64,000 nucleotides of DNA, from IMG/VR virus record IMGVR_UViG_3300035539_000076; one strand, given 5' to 3'. The position numbers were made by a program, and so were the translations under genes. This document shows, in pieces, positions 19,496-30,335 of the stretch. The notes under the pieces were generated by a model. That model saw only the letters and a list, made by a program, of their open reading frames with translations. It made no database searches and was not told the origin of the DNA. Numbering within the stretch: position 1 is the first letter of the stretch; each line of letters opens with the position of its first letter. The stretch comes from an uncultured virus (IMG/VR IMGVR_UViG_3300035539_000076) (Duplodnaviria; Heunggongvirae; Uroviricota; Caudoviricetes).

Positions 19496-19948
19496 ATGAT
19501 TCATGATGAATTTATAAAAAGTGCTGCTATAACAAATAAAGTTATTAATAAAGCAGTAGGCAGTGCAGGAGATATAGACGGAAATTTATTAGATAAAGCT
19601 TTTAATTTTGGGAAAAAAAAGAAACCAGGTTTTTTCAAAAGGCAATCAGAAAAAATCAAATCAGGGTTTTCTAATAAAAATGTTAGAGAAGAAGCTTATT
19701 CAACTAACATAAAAAATAAAGTTGATAATCCAAATCCAGATGCTCAATATAGGTCTGCGAGCAGGAATTTTTCACAAGAAAATCCTCAGAGTGATAATTT
19801 CGTTCCTGGAGAATCTAAAGTTATAAAAGGGTTGGAAGGCATAGGAAATACAGCAAAAGGTATTGGAGCTGCAGGGTTATTCGGAGTATCAGCGTTAACT
19901 AATAATTTATCAGATGCAGCAACAAATGCATTCAATCCAAACAAATAA
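19496..19948 (+). CDS. KTA-leader family protein (MIHDEFIKSA), putative internal virion protein
   Basis: Leader shared with 41102, 41530, 42550, 63424; Gly/Ala-rich C-terminal helix. Confidence 0.6.
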   Translation: MIHDEFIKSAAITNKVINKAVGSAGDIDGNLLDKAFNFGKKKKPGFFKRQSEKIKSGFSNKNVREEAYSTNIKNKVDNPNPDAQYRSASRNFSQENPQSDNFVPGESKVIKGLEGIGNTAKGIGAAGLFGVSALTNNLSDAATNAFNPNK

Positions 19949-19995
19949 TAAAGGAGGTGAAAGTCGCATATAGTTTATATATGTGACGTATATAA

Positions 19996-20415
19996 ATGGG
20001 ATTTAAAACACAAGCTTTAATGACAGGTTTAGGCGGGGGAATGGTAGGTTCTATGATGGCACCTCCCGGTGACAAAAGCAAAGGGTTTGCTTTAGGAGCA
20101 ACGTTAGGTGTAGGTGGAAAAGTAGCGTTAACTAATCCTAAAGTTAGAGATTTAATTGGAGCAGATGAAATGATTGAAAATATGAAAAAAAGTAAAAATG
20201 GTCAAAAAGTGACTCAAACTTCTACAAACTCGAAAACAACAAAGGGCGCGCCTGCTGCTTCTGCTGATCCAGAAACTAAAGTGCAATCTTCAGCTACTAA
20301 AAAATTTAAAAGAAAAGGGCCTCAAAATCCTCCATTTGGTCCTGACGGGAAAGCTATAGAATTTGTTAAAAGACCCAAAAAAAGGTTTGTTCCGAAAAAA
20401 CGTAATAGTATATAA
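19996..20415 (+). CDS. Glycine-zipper protein with basic tail
   Basis: TGLGGGMVGSMM and GFALGATLGVGG; Lys-rich C-terminus. Confidence 0.6.
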   Translation: MGFKTQALMTGLGGGMVGSMMAPPGDKSKGFALGATLGVGGKVALTNPKVRDLIGADEMIENMKKSKNGQKVTQTSTNSKTTKGAPAASADPETKVQSSATKKFKRKGPQNPPFGPDGKAIEFVKRPKKRFVPKKRNSI

Positions 20416-20435
20416 ATAAATAAGGGGAGATAGAA

Positions 20436-20768
20436 TTGCCAATATATAAATATGAATGCCCTAAATGTGGAAGTATAGAAGAAAAATTTAGATATTCTAA
20501 AGAAAGAGATGATGCAGTTATATGCCCTGAATGCAAAACGGATATGAAAAGAACATATGGGTTGTCTACTATAGAATTTAGAGATCACACTACAGGTTGG
20601 GCAAAAAGGAATTATAAAGAAGGAACTAAAGATTATGTGAAGTTTACAAAAGATACTAATTATGAAAAGATATATAACAATAAAAAAGTATTTAATAAAC
20701 TTCCGAGACAGACTCAAATTCAATACGAAAGAGAAATAAGACAGCAGAGAACAGGAATAGAATATTAA
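20436..20768 (+). CDS. FmdB-family zinc-ribbon protein
   Basis: MPIYKYECPKCG...CPECK...MKR..G, TTG start with GGGGAG SD. Confidence 0.8.
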   Translation: MPIYKYECPKCGSIEEKFRYSKERDDAVICPECKTDMKRTYGLSTIEFRDHTTGWAKRNYKEGTKDYVKFTKDTNYEKIYNNKKVFNKLPRQTQIQYEREIRQQRTGIEY

Positions 20769-20773
20769 TCAAT

Positions 20774-20799
20774 TAGGGCAGAGACTGCCCTATTTTTTT
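20774..20799 (+). terminator. Intrinsic terminator
   Basis: TAGGGCAG-AGA-CTGCCCTA plus T run. Confidence 0.75.
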
Positions 20800-20813
20800 A
20801 TAGAGGTGATAAT

Positions 20814-23441
20814 ATGAAAACTTATTTTCGTATATTAATTGAACATGAAGAATTTTATTGTGATTCTGTACAGATAGTTGCTTCTGGTAAAACAATAAAT
20901 TTTAAAGCTTATTTTCCACCAATTCCTGCTCTTATGGAATTGCCCCCTAATACTTATGCTGTAGTACAAGTAAAAAATGATTTGTTTAATACAGAAGGGG
21001 AAGGATGGATAACAGCTGTAGATGGTTTGTTGAAAAGTGCTCAAAGAATTAAAAGGCCAACAAAAAATGAGATATCGTTAGATTTTGTAGCTCCATTTGA
21101 TTGGCCTATGAGTATAAAACTATTAAACTTCGATCAGTTACCAGATAACGTATCCAAAGAATTATTAGTGCGTAATCACAATTATCCAGATTTTAAAAGT
21201 TTAGGTCTTGGAGAAAACAACAGTGGAGTATTAGGTATTAATTATGTTTTGAATCAAATTATGAGTAAATATTTTGGGATAAATCAAGATGATAGTGAAG
21301 TAGTAGAGTTGAAAAAAGATACTTTATTTTTTTCCGTTATAACATATCTATCTGTCTTACAGAATGATTTTATGGATTTAGAAGATGCTTATCATTTTTC
21401 AAGAAGGATAGTATTTGGAGACCCTAATTTTTTAGAAGGTGCTGATATAAATTATCGTTCTGATAATAATTTTGCAACTGAAGGTACTAATAGTGAAAAA
21501 CAGCCGTATCAAAAAGGAGTATTAAAAGCATTATTTAATAAAAGTATATTAGATTTTGCTCAAAATGCTCAAGGTGAAACTTCTTTAATGCAAATATTAA
21601 GTGTTTTTGCAGATAATATGGAACATAATCTGTATGGACAATTATTTCCTAAGCTTAGCTCATATAATGCTAATAGTGAAGGTGAATCTTTTCCTAAACA
21701 AATTAAAAACATTAGAAATAAATACTATTCTGATTTATTAACTTTAGGAGAAGAAGATAAAAATATGGGCATAGGCCAATATTTATTTATTCCCCAATCT
21801 TTTGCTTATATACCTCCTTCATCTAATATAATATTACCTTCTCAAATATCATCGATTAATTTTGAGGTCCAGCATAAATATCCAACTAGGGTGGGAACAA
21901 CATTTGGCAGCACAAATGGAAATATTTCTTTATCTCCATATGTGACAGGCATTTATCCAGGACCTTTAAGACAATCCACTTACCCTAAAAAAGGGCTTAC
22001 GATGGATGAATTATATAGCATTAGAAATGATACGTCGAATGATGCTTTATCTTTTGATAAAATGAAAACTTTAGTTGCATCTAACAATCTTAATAATCGT
22101 GCTATGGGGACTTATTATTCCGAGCAGGTTGAATATAAGGATGTTATGAGTTATATGGTTAATATAGATAATGAAGAACAAGCAGATAATGAAGAAAGTG
22201 ATGAAATAATAACAAACACAGTTGATTCTGAATCGTTTAATGAAAGTGTTGCTGTAATTTCTAGAAAATCTTATAATGAAAATTGGGCCAAATCAAGAAT
22301 GATGCAAGTCCAATTGGATTTCAATCCTTATATAGCGAATGGTCTTCCAGCAATGATAATAACAAATTCTGGAATTTATTTTGGGCAGGTGAATTCTGTT
22401 TCTCATGTTTTCAATTCAAAAGGAGCACCAACCACATCAATAACTTTGAATAATGTCGATCAATTGAATTATCCTATTGAAGAAAACAAGTGGTGGTTAA
22501 CTACCGAGTCTTATTATAGAGTGAATAACCATGAGGAGTTTTATAGCCGTATAGGCTTACAATCTTTCGGTAAAGTTATATATGACCATCTTTCTGGATA
22601 TTTAGAAAGTGAATCGGATAATAAAGATAGTATTGTACAATTTTGTAATGAACATATAAAAGGATTGAATAAATTAGGCTATACTTTTAAAGATAATAAG
22701 ATAAATAAAATGAGCCTTGAAGAAAAGAAACAACACTCAAGGGTGAATAATGCTTTTGATATAATTAAATTGATGAAAGATTTTATTTTACAATATTTGC
22801 TGCCAAATCAAATATACAAAACTTCTAATTCATTTAAACAAACAGAAGATAAAAATATAGATATAGTAAAGTTATTATATAAGTTTAACGGAGATAAAAA
22901 TATTTTTTTATCAACTAACAAGTTGCAACATTTCTTGGTATCTTCAAATGATGAAAAAGAATTAGAGGAAGCTAAAAAAATATTAGAAAGTATGTCTACG
23001 GTAAAAAAAGTTACTAAAGACAATTTTAGTTTATTAAGTACTGATTATGTTAAAATTAATGATTTTAAACCTATTATAGATTCAAATGATATTTTAAATA
23101 AACAGTTAGAAGAATTTATAGCAGGCTTGGAAACAGGGAAGGACATAAATAATTCATTGACGTTGTCTTCTATAGCAGAAGTTAGGTATTTTATAATAAA
23201 ACTATTAAAACAAATGGTAGAAGCTTATACAACTATTTCTTATCAACAACTACCCATCTTTGCCTTAAATAACATGAATGATGCTGTATGGGCTGTATAC
23301 GAATTAGCAAAAGTATATCAAATATTACCGGTTATCAATAAGACAGGAGATTCAAACAGAGAAGTTAGATATATAGCTGAATTAAGAAAAGCAAAAGAAA
23401 TATTAAAATATATGCCTGAAACGGAGAGGAAAGAGGTGTAA
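20814..23441 (+). CDS. Large structural protein, possibly baseplate hub-like
   Basis: 875 aa; FNPYIANGLPAMI..GQVNSVSHVF..TTSITL resembles hub C-terminal beta strands; baseplate context. Confidence 0.4.
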   Translation: MKTYFRILIEHEEFYCDSVQIVASGKTINFKAYFPPIPALMELPPNTYAVVQVKNDLFNTEGEGWITAVDGLLKSAQRIKRPTKNEISLDFVAPFDWPMSIKLLNFDQLPDNVSKELLVRNHNYPDFKSLGLGENNSGVLGINYVLNQIMSKYFGINQDDSEVVELKKDTLFFSVITYLSVLQNDFMDLEDAYHFSRRIVFGDPNFLEGADINYRSDNNFATEGTNSEKQPYQKGVLKALFNKSILDFAQNAQGETSLMQILSVFADNMEHNLYGQLFPKLSSYNANSEGESFPKQIKNIRNKYYSDLLTLGEEDKNMGIGQYLFIPQSFAYIPPSSNIILPSQISSINFEVQHKYPTRVGTTFGSTNGNISLSPYVTGIYPGPLRQSTYPKKGLTMDELYSIRNDTSNDALSFDKMKTLVASNNLNNRAMGTYYSEQVEYKDVMSYMVNIDNEEQADNEESDEIITNTVDSESFNESVAVISRKSYNENWAKSRMMQVQLDFNPYIANGLPAMIITNSGIYFGQVNSVSHVFNSKGAPTTSITLNNVDQLNYPIEENKWWLTTESYYRVNNHEEFYSRIGLQSFGKVIYDHLSGYLESESDNKDSIVQFCNEHIKGLNKLGYTFKDNKINKMSLEEKKQHSRVNNAFDIIKLMKDFILQYLLPNQIYKTSNSFKQTEDKNIDIVKLLYKFNGDKNIFLSTNKLQHFLVSSNDEKELEEAKKILESMSTVKKVTKDNFSLLSTDYVKINDFKPIIDSNDILNKQLEEFIAGLETGKDINNSLTLSSIAEVRYFIIKLLKQMVEAYTTISYQQLPIFALNNMNDAVWAVYELAKVYQILPVINKTGDSNREVRYIAELRKAKEILKYMPETERKEV

Positions 23442-23444
23442 ACC

Positions 23445-24164
23445 ATGGGAGCATCTAACCCTAATTTAGTAAAAAATGTTAATGAATGGAAAAAAAGTAA
23501 AGATCCTAGAGTATTTGCTGAAATATATAGGGATTTGAAACCATATGTTAGTTATACGATAAGCAAGTATAGAGATTCCGGTATAAGCCCAACTTCTATG
23601 GATTTGGAAGCAAAAAAATTAATAGCGAAAGCATTGGAAAATTACAATTCTTCTAAAGGCGGAGTTGTCACTTATGTCAATCAATACTTACAAAAGATGA
23701 ATAGATTTGTGAATAACAACCAAGGAACATTGAGACTACCAGAGAATTATAATTTGGAATTTTCTACATTTCAAAATACATACAACGACTTAAAGTACAA
23801 ACAAGATAGAGATCCTACTACACTTGAATTAGCAGATTCTTTAGCATGGTCTCCACAAAAAATTGATGTTTTTAAGAGAAAAATGGGAGGCACTGTTATA
23901 GAATCAGAAAATTCGTTTAACAGAGTTTATAAAAATAACAATTTAAAGGTAATGGAAGCACTACAATATATTAGAAGTAAATATGGCCATGAAGGGGAAA
24001 CTCTTATTGCCAAATTATATGGACTAAATGGTGAACAGAAAAAAAGTTTAACTCAAATATCTCAAGAGATGGATGGTAATTATGCTAAACTTTATAAGTT
24101 GAAAAAAGAAGTTGAAGATGATTTTAAAGAGTATTTGAACGAAGACTCAGGGTGGTCTAGATGA
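23445..24164 (+). CDS. Phage-encoded sigma-70-family RNA polymerase sigma factor
   Basis: Region 2 (YVSYTISKY..DLE..LIAKALENYNSSKG.VVTYV), LRLP, region 3 RDPTTLELADSL, region 4 LYGL..KSLTQISQEM. Confidence 0.8.
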   Translation: MGASNPNLVKNVNEWKKSKDPRVFAEIYRDLKPYVSYTISKYRDSGISPTSMDLEAKKLIAKALENYNSSKGGVVTYVNQYLQKMNRFVNNNQGTLRLPENYNLEFSTFQNTYNDLKYKQDRDPTTLELADSLAWSPQKIDVFKRKMGGTVIESENSFNRVYKNNNLKVMEALQYIRSKYGHEGETLIAKLYGLNGEQKKSLTQISQEMDGNYAKLYKLKKEVEDDFKEYLNEDSGWSR

Positions 24165-25354
24165 TGTATGGGATTATTCCAATAATATCTAAAAATGATT
24201 TATTATCCGGAGATATAGTAAAATTGCTGAAAGAAGAAAATAGCCATATAGAATTATCACAGGGGAGATATTTATCTATTAACATGACGAAAAATATGAA
24301 TTTCACACCTGTAATTACTTTTGATGGTTTTATGTTTAAAGAGGCATCGGCGATTGAAAAGTCACAAATATCTTTTGATTTTTCTTTTCCTTTTTTAGAA
24401 GGTGGAATTAATGTATTGTCTGATTTTGCCAAAGGGGTTATTGAAGCTAATTCTATAATGTCAAAAAAGAGAGCTTATGATAATCATTATTTATTTATAT
24501 ATAAAAAATTAGAAAATTCTGATCAATATGAAGTAAGAATATTATCGGGATCATATAATAATTTTACATTTAATATATCTGCAGGGTCCCCTTTATACAA
24601 TGGGACCTCTACATTTACAATATTAGGTGTTAAAAACACACAATTTAATCAGAAAGATTTTTTGGAGATATTTAATAGGGATAAATATGTTTTTTCTCCT
24701 AAAAGAGACGATTATGACAAAATAAAAATAGGGGCTAAGGAATATGAAACAGAAGGAGAAAAGAGCTCAATTAAAGTTATTGGCGGTGTGTTAGATGAGC
24801 TTATACAATATAAAACTACAGTTCTAAATTATCAGATAAATTATTTAAAAGAAGATTTGTCTGAAGATGTGAGAATGAGATTTTATAAAGTGTTACAAAA
24901 GACTTTTGTGCAAAGCCTTAATTTCCAAGTGTCAAATAATATAGATGTTTTCCCGGTTAATAATAAGCCATTATATTTTAGAAATATGGCAATGCCATAC
25001 CAAATTAGTATACAAGGCACAGTTATACAAGTGTCTAATGATGAACAAAAATTTTTAGAAGAAGTATTTGGTATGTATGAAGATTTAGATACTTTAGAAA
25101 CATATAATTTAATATCAAACAAGTCAGAAAATTTGGATGGGGATAAAATTTATTCTGCTATTAAAAAAAATAATTTCATTTTAAAAGTTCCTTATTTGAT
25201 AAAACAGAATACTGGGGAAAAAGTCATTTCAGTGAAGAAAAATGTTGTTTTATATATACAACCACAAAATATTTCTGTTGTTAAAGCTGGGGATTATAAT
25301 AAGTATTATAAAATAAGTATTAATGGCATGATATCTAACATCAGGAAGGCGTGA
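24161..25354 (+). CDS. Hypothetical virion-module protein
   Basis: 397 aa, overlaps sigma stop. Confidence 0.6.
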   Translation: MMYGIIPIISKNDLLSGDIVKLLKEENSHIELSQGRYLSINMTKNMNFTPVITFDGFMFKEASAIEKSQISFDFSFPFLEGGINVLSDFAKGVIEANSIMSKKRAYDNHYLFIYKKLENSDQYEVRILSGSYNNFTFNISAGSPLYNGTSTFTILGVKNTQFNQKDFLEIFNRDKYVFSPKRDDYDKIKIGAKEYETEGEKSSIKVIGGVLDELIQYKTTVLNYQINYLKEDLSEDVRMRFYKVLQKTFVQSLNFQVSNNIDVFPVNNKPLYFRNMAMPYQISIQGTVIQVSNDEQKFLEEVFGMYEDLDTLETYNLISNKSENLDGDKIYSAIKKNNFILKVPYLIKQNTGEKVISVKKNVVLYIQPQNISVVKAGDYNKYYKISINGMISNIRKA

Positions 25355-25358
25355 TGAT

Positions 25359-26720
25359 ATGAATCAACAACAAATACAAGATGTGATGAAAACCGTTAGA
25401 ACGAATAGCCGAAATTTCGAAAATTTAATGAGTGATACTAATAAAACTGTACAGACTTTATCCGATATAGTTTCTTTAAAAAAGCCTGCTAAAACTGTTA
25501 CTGAATTAATTACCAAACAATTTAAATCAACATATAAAGAGAAAATAAATGATTCTGTCTCACAATTAAACGAAGGTAAAATTACCAGTATTCAGCATGA
25601 AAGAAATTTAAAGTATCAAAAATTACTTTTAGATACTAAAACAAGAATGATTAAAGGCTTTGTAGATTCTGTTTTTAATGGGATATGGAAAATGGTTCAA
25701 AAACAAGTTCAAGAAAATAACGTTGATCCAAGTAAGCTATTATCGGCCTCTTATTATCAAAGTTTGGCTAGACAATGGTATGAAGATAATATATATTCAA
25801 ATGATATTTTTCAAGCTTATATTGGAATACAGAAAACGCTAAGTAACGTTGGATCTATGAAAACATCAAAAGCTGTTGAAGCTAATGTGCTGCAATCATC
25901 TCAAGAAAATTTTAGAAGAGCTTATCAACAATTAACAGGTAAGGATATTGAATTGGATAATACAAATGAAGACCAAAATACTCAAAATAAAATCGATGAT
26001 TATTTTGGAAGTATGAATAAAGCATACACTGATAAACAACAACTTATGAAAATTGCCCAACAAATGACAGCTGGCAATGTCACAGGTGCATTACTAGGAT
26101 TTAATCAATTTTTACTACATAATAATATTAATTCCGAATATAATTGTACAGGTGCTTATTGGGGCACATATGCAGCGTTACTATTATCAGAAGTATTTAG
26201 AGATCAATTAGACAGTGCCACTCAAAGTGTTTCACAATTTTCAAATAACTTGAATGATATGATGATGTTTTTGCCTAATGCTTTTGCTTATCCCATGAAA
26301 ATATTAAACATGTTTAATTTTGAAGTTGTGTCTCAAGATGATCAAGAAAGGAGAAGGCTTCAAATATTATTATCAGAGATCAGCCAAAAGTTAAGTGATT
26401 GGGCTGATAGAGATTGTGCTATATATGAAATGGTAGCATATTTTGCTGAAATATTATTGCTAATGAAAACTAACGACATGTTGAGTTTTAATGTAAAAGA
26501 TGAAGAAGAACAAATACGTCTTTTAAATATGTTTGGTTCTAAAGATGCTTTAGATGTATTAGAAAATAGTTTAGAATTAGCTATCGAATCATATGTTGAT
26601 ATGAGCTTAGAAGATGCAGGCAATTTAAACATAATATATTTATTTATGCTTATATCATATTTCCCGTATATAATATCATCTTTATCGGGTGAATCTTTAG
26701 ATGTTCTACTGGGGGTGTAA
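25359..26720 (+). CDS. Hypothetical helical protein
   Basis: 453 aa. Confidence 0.65.
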   Translation: MNQQQIQDVMKTVRTNSRNFENLMSDTNKTVQTLSDIVSLKKPAKTVTELITKQFKSTYKEKINDSVSQLNEGKITSIQHERNLKYQKLLLDTKTRMIKGFVDSVFNGIWKMVQKQVQENNVDPSKLLSASYYQSLARQWYEDNIYSNDIFQAYIGIQKTLSNVGSMKTSKAVEANVLQSSQENFRRAYQQLTGKDIELDNTNEDQNTQNKIDDYFGSMNKAYTDKQQLMKIAQQMTAGNVTGALLGFNQFLLHNNINSEYNCTGAYWGTYAALLLSEVFRDQLDSATQSVSQFSNNLNDMMMFLPNAFAYPMKILNMFNFEVVSQDDQERRRLQILLSEISQKLSDWADRDCAIYEMVAYFAEILLLMKTNDMLSFNVKDEEEQIRLLNMFGSKDALDVLENSLELAIESYVDMSLEDAGNLNIIYLFMLISYFPYIISSLSGESLDVLLGV

Positions 26721-26723
26721 ACT

Positions 26724-28370
26724 ATGGCTACAATAAACGATGAGAAAAGTAGTGTAATAGATCAACTTAACATGTATAAGAAAAGGTTTGAAACTAATTC
26801 TGAAAATATTACTTCAAACTCTAACTATAAATTAGTTTTGAAAGACATAAAAACAAATAAACCTAACTTGTGGAATATTAAATATAGGCCTAATGCCTCT
26901 GCCAAAAATGAATGGGATGAAAGTATGAAAGATGATTTTTTTATCTACTATAGAAGTTATGTAGAACATCATGCGTTAGATGTATCTGAAGGTAATATCA
27001 TCGTTGGGGATAATGTTGAACAGATACTGTTGGAAATAGCTTATAAACATTTTATGTCTATTCAAGAAAAAGCTGGTTGGTATCAAATGCAAGAGATGTT
27101 ATTACTTAGATCTTATGGGAAAAATATAGCTTTAGAACCGTTGGTTCAACCGGAATATCCTCTATTACCTGTTATAGATGGCGGGAAAATGTATATTTTT
27201 AATACTTTTAACGATAGAGGCGCAAATACTGTATTAGATTTAAGACAGTTTAACCCGGTAATTGCGGATGATCTCGACAGAAGTTCTGACGATAAAATAT
27301 TACAAAAGATGACCTTTGAAATGAATATAGACATTAAACGAGATGAAGTGTTATCTCAAATAGATAGCACGGATAATTATTATTTTTCTTCAAACGATAT
27401 AACTTCTCCTTTAATACAAGATTATAGTTATCCTAGTAGTATTAATGCTCCTATCAAAGATTTTTTTACTCTATTCAACAAAGAGGTTGCTATGGATTAT
27501 CAACCGCCTTATATTGATTTGTATGGAGATCCTAATTTAAAAAATATCTTTTCTCAATTGAAAAATGAAGTGGATTTAAAGTTGAAAGAGATAGAAAATC
27601 AAAACTTTTATTTCACAAAAACTTTAGAGTTGCCAGATGTATCTTATGAGATAGAAAAGATAGAAAAAGGAAGGGCAATCTCTCAGTCAGATGAATATCA
27701 AAAGCTATTTGATAATCCTGTATCTGATGTTTCTGAATATAGCGTTGATAATCTTCCAGGATATAAACAATTAATATATCATTTGTCTCGCAGAGAAAAA
27801 ATATACTTGAAAAGTTTGGCAGAAGAATTTTATAATCCTAATGATAAATCTGTTGACTGGAATACTGCTGGTATAAATCCTTATATAACAGATTATTTTG
27901 TTTTATGGCTTTTACAAAAGAAAATCATACCTGCAATTCACGAACAGAATGTCAAGATATTAGGCCATATAATCGAAGGTATAAGAGGATATGTGTTAAA
28001 TAATCTGGCTGTAGAACAAAAAGAATTAACAGGGATGACGTTGGAGGAAAAAGAAAAATTCTTCACGAGTTCTCAAGAAGGTAAAAAAATATTAGATGAG
28101 TTTAAAAGTTTTAGTTTAGAAAATATAAACTTTTCTTATAAAGGTATTCCTTTAGAAAAAGCACAAAATGACATGTTTTTTTTAACTACACCTTTAGATT
28201 ATGATGCAAAAATAAATGATGTCATAGAAAATATGGAAAATAAAATACAATATTATATAAGATCTCAAGTTGAAGAAACAGAAGAAAAGGTTGAAACGGT
28301 AAAAAAAGAAAATAAAGTTGAAAATTATAGATCTTATCTGATATTTAAGTTTAGTAATAACAATATATAG
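26724..28370 (+). CDS. Hypothetical protein
   Basis: 548 aa, SD GGGGGTG. Confidence 0.65.
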   Translation: MATINDEKSSVIDQLNMYKKRFETNSENITSNSNYKLVLKDIKTNKPNLWNIKYRPNASAKNEWDESMKDDFFIYYRSYVEHHALDVSEGNIIVGDNVEQILLEIAYKHFMSIQEKAGWYQMQEMLLLRSYGKNIALEPLVQPEYPLLPVIDGGKMYIFNTFNDRGANTVLDLRQFNPVIADDLDRSSDDKILQKMTFEMNIDIKRDEVLSQIDSTDNYYFSSNDITSPLIQDYSYPSSINAPIKDFFTLFNKEVAMDYQPPYIDLYGDPNLKNIFSQLKNEVDLKLKEIENQNFYFTKTLELPDVSYEIEKIEKGRAISQSDEYQKLFDNPVSDVSEYSVDNLPGYKQLIYHLSRREKIYLKSLAEEFYNPNDKSVDWNTAGINPYITDYFVLWLLQKKIIPAIHEQNVKILGHIIEGIRGYVLNNLAVEQKELTGMTLEEKEKFFTSSQEGKKILDEFKSFSLENINFSYKGIPLEKAQNDMFFLTTPLDYDAKINDVIENMENKIQYYIRSQVEETEEKVETVKKENKVENYRSYLIFKFSNNNI

Positions 28371-28381
28371 GAGGAAATGAA

Positions 28382-28696
28382 ATGAATCCAATATTTAATT
28401 TCGATACTAAAAAGTTTGAAGAGCAATCTGGTATTTCTTATTTAGCTAATAATATTATTGTGGCATTACTTGAAAGAGTGATTCCTAAATACAATCAATA
28501 TACTAAAAAATCTGATTTGCTGACTTTGATGGAAAGTGAATTGAATAACATTAAAGATGTAATGACTGATTTTGGAAATTCTCCTGATGAGATGTTAAGC
28601 GATGCTTTTATAGAACTATCGCAAAATGGAGAAAATTATATAATTAATGTAAGCAACCAAAATGATGAAAATAAAATAATTGAAATTGAATTATAA
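28382..28696 (+). CDS. Small protein, possibly gp25-like baseplate wedge/sheath initiator
   Basis: 104 aa; GISYLANNIIVALL..PDEMLSDAFIE..YIINV pattern; directly upstream of a wedge-sized gene. Confidence 0.4.
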   Translation: MNPIFNFDTKKFEEQSGISYLANNIIVALLERVIPKYNQYTKKSDLLTLMESELNNIKDVMTDFGNSPDEMLSDAFIELSQNGENYIINVSNQNDENKIIEIEL

Positions 28697-28710
28697 AGGG
28701 GGACTGCCGA

Positions 28711-30330
28711 ATGTTTAAATATTTTGATCCAAAAACTCAATTGTTAAACACCTTTAAAACTTTAGGGTACGATACTCATGAAGAATCTATAAATTATAAA
28801 TATATAATACAGCCTATGGTTGAATTTTTGAATACAAATGCTAAAAAAGAATATTTTGATTTGAACACTTTTTTTGCTCTTATAAATGGAATAGAAGATA
28901 AAGAAGACTTACGAACAGTTATGGATGCAGAAAATAATGCAAGTGAAATATTAGATTTCTTTTTAAAGACAAAAGGATATACACAAGATTATATAACTCC
29001 TTATGAATACTATGTGGATTTATATATGAATGGTGAACAATATCAGACTATATTAGGGAACAAAAAACAATATACTGAAGGAGCTTTAAATGTACAAATA
29101 GGGGATTTAATATTGAAGAACAAAGAATTTGTTTTATCTTCTTCTGACTTTATTTCTTCCAATGGATTATATGTATCCAGAAAGAAAAAGTTTTACTCTT
29201 ATTCTTTGAATGCAGAACAGTTAAAAACAGGAGATGTTATAAATGTTGATGGATTTGATAAAGGAGTTATTGTAGGTATTGAGGAAGGATATTACGCAGA
29301 TACATTAGATGATAAAATCAACAAATTGTTTGATAGTTTCTCCATGTTTAAAACTTATAACAAAGATAATATAAAGACATATATAAAAGAAAAATACAAT
29401 ATAAACGCAGATATAGTGTCGACAGACGATTTACTAATGATTAGAGACCTATCACAAACTAATGATGGATTATCATTTCATGATGGGGGTAAAGTAGATA
29501 TTTATTATACAGAAAATACTTTTGGAATTAAAACATTTATAGGAAATGCCATTTCTACAGCTGGTGAAGAAGTTATGACTGCTGATTCAGCTTATTTTCC
29601 AAGTTTTGGGAACCCATTAAAAGATTATAAGTATCCTATAAATGACATTGATTTAACAGCGTGGAGCTCATTTTTTGATGTAAATGCAGATAAGTTTATA
29701 AAAAAAGATTTGTTTTATATTGAAATGTCTCAAAGCCAAGATCCGAATTTATATCCAGTTATGGGAATTGAATCTGTCATGAATAGCAGTGGAGAAAAAT
29801 TAGTTTATAATGAAGATTATATTTATATTAGTGTGGACAGAGGGTATACATTCACTGATAAAAATAAAGTATTAATATTTTTTAAGACGAATCCAGGGTC
29901 GGGTGTGTCTATAAAATATATAGCACCGTTAAAATATAGAGAAAATCAAAATAAGATAGAAAATGATCCATATATTGCACCAATAGGAGTAGATGTCAAA
30001 GTTAAAGTAAAACCTGTAGTATTTGCTCAGTTAAATGGTATATATAGTGGTTTAATTTCAGATATTGGAATAAATTCCGAAATAGCATCATTTGAAAACA
30101 TTTCAATGAATAGATTGAATAACTTATTGAAAACTAACGGGGCTCAAGAATTGTCCACAACTAAGATGACATTAACTGCTCATTCTTATTCGCTTGGTAG
30201 ATTTAGTTCAGAAACAACTAACCCTCAACATCAATTAAAAATGAATAATTTTTCTGGGAAAATGCCTTTTGATAATATGACTGATTTCAGCATTATGGCA
30301 GTAAATCCAAATGTAATTATAAGGGACTGA
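28711..30330 (+). CDS. Putative baseplate wedge (J/gp6-like) protein
   Basis: D-LMIRD..HDGGKVDIY motif like baseplate J GxVDxY; position after gp25-like gene. Confidence 0.45.
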   Translation: MFKYFDPKTQLLNTFKTLGYDTHEESINYKYIIQPMVEFLNTNAKKEYFDLNTFFALINGIEDKEDLRTVMDAENNASEILDFFLKTKGYTQDYITPYEYYVDLYMNGEQYQTILGNKKQYTEGALNVQIGDLILKNKEFVLSSSDFISSNGLYVSRKKKFYSYSLNAEQLKTGDVINVDGFDKGVIVGIEEGYYADTLDDKINKLFDSFSMFKTYNKDNIKTYIKEKYNINADIVSTDDLLMIRDLSQTNDGLSFHDGGKVDIYYTENTFGIKTFIGNAISTAGEEVMTADSAYFPSFGNPLKDYKYPINDIDLTAWSSFFDVNADKFIKKDLFYIEMSQSQDPNLYPVMGIESVMNSSGEKLVYNEDYIYISVDRGYTFTDKNKVLIFFKTNPGSGVSIKYIAPLKYRENQNKIENDPYIAPIGVDVKVKVKPVVFAQLNGIYSGLISDIGINSEIASFENISMNRLNNLLKTNGAQELSTTKMTLTAHSYSLGRFSSETTNPQHQLKMNNFSGKMPFDNMTDFSIMAVNPNVIIRD

Positions 30331-30335
30331 TTTGA

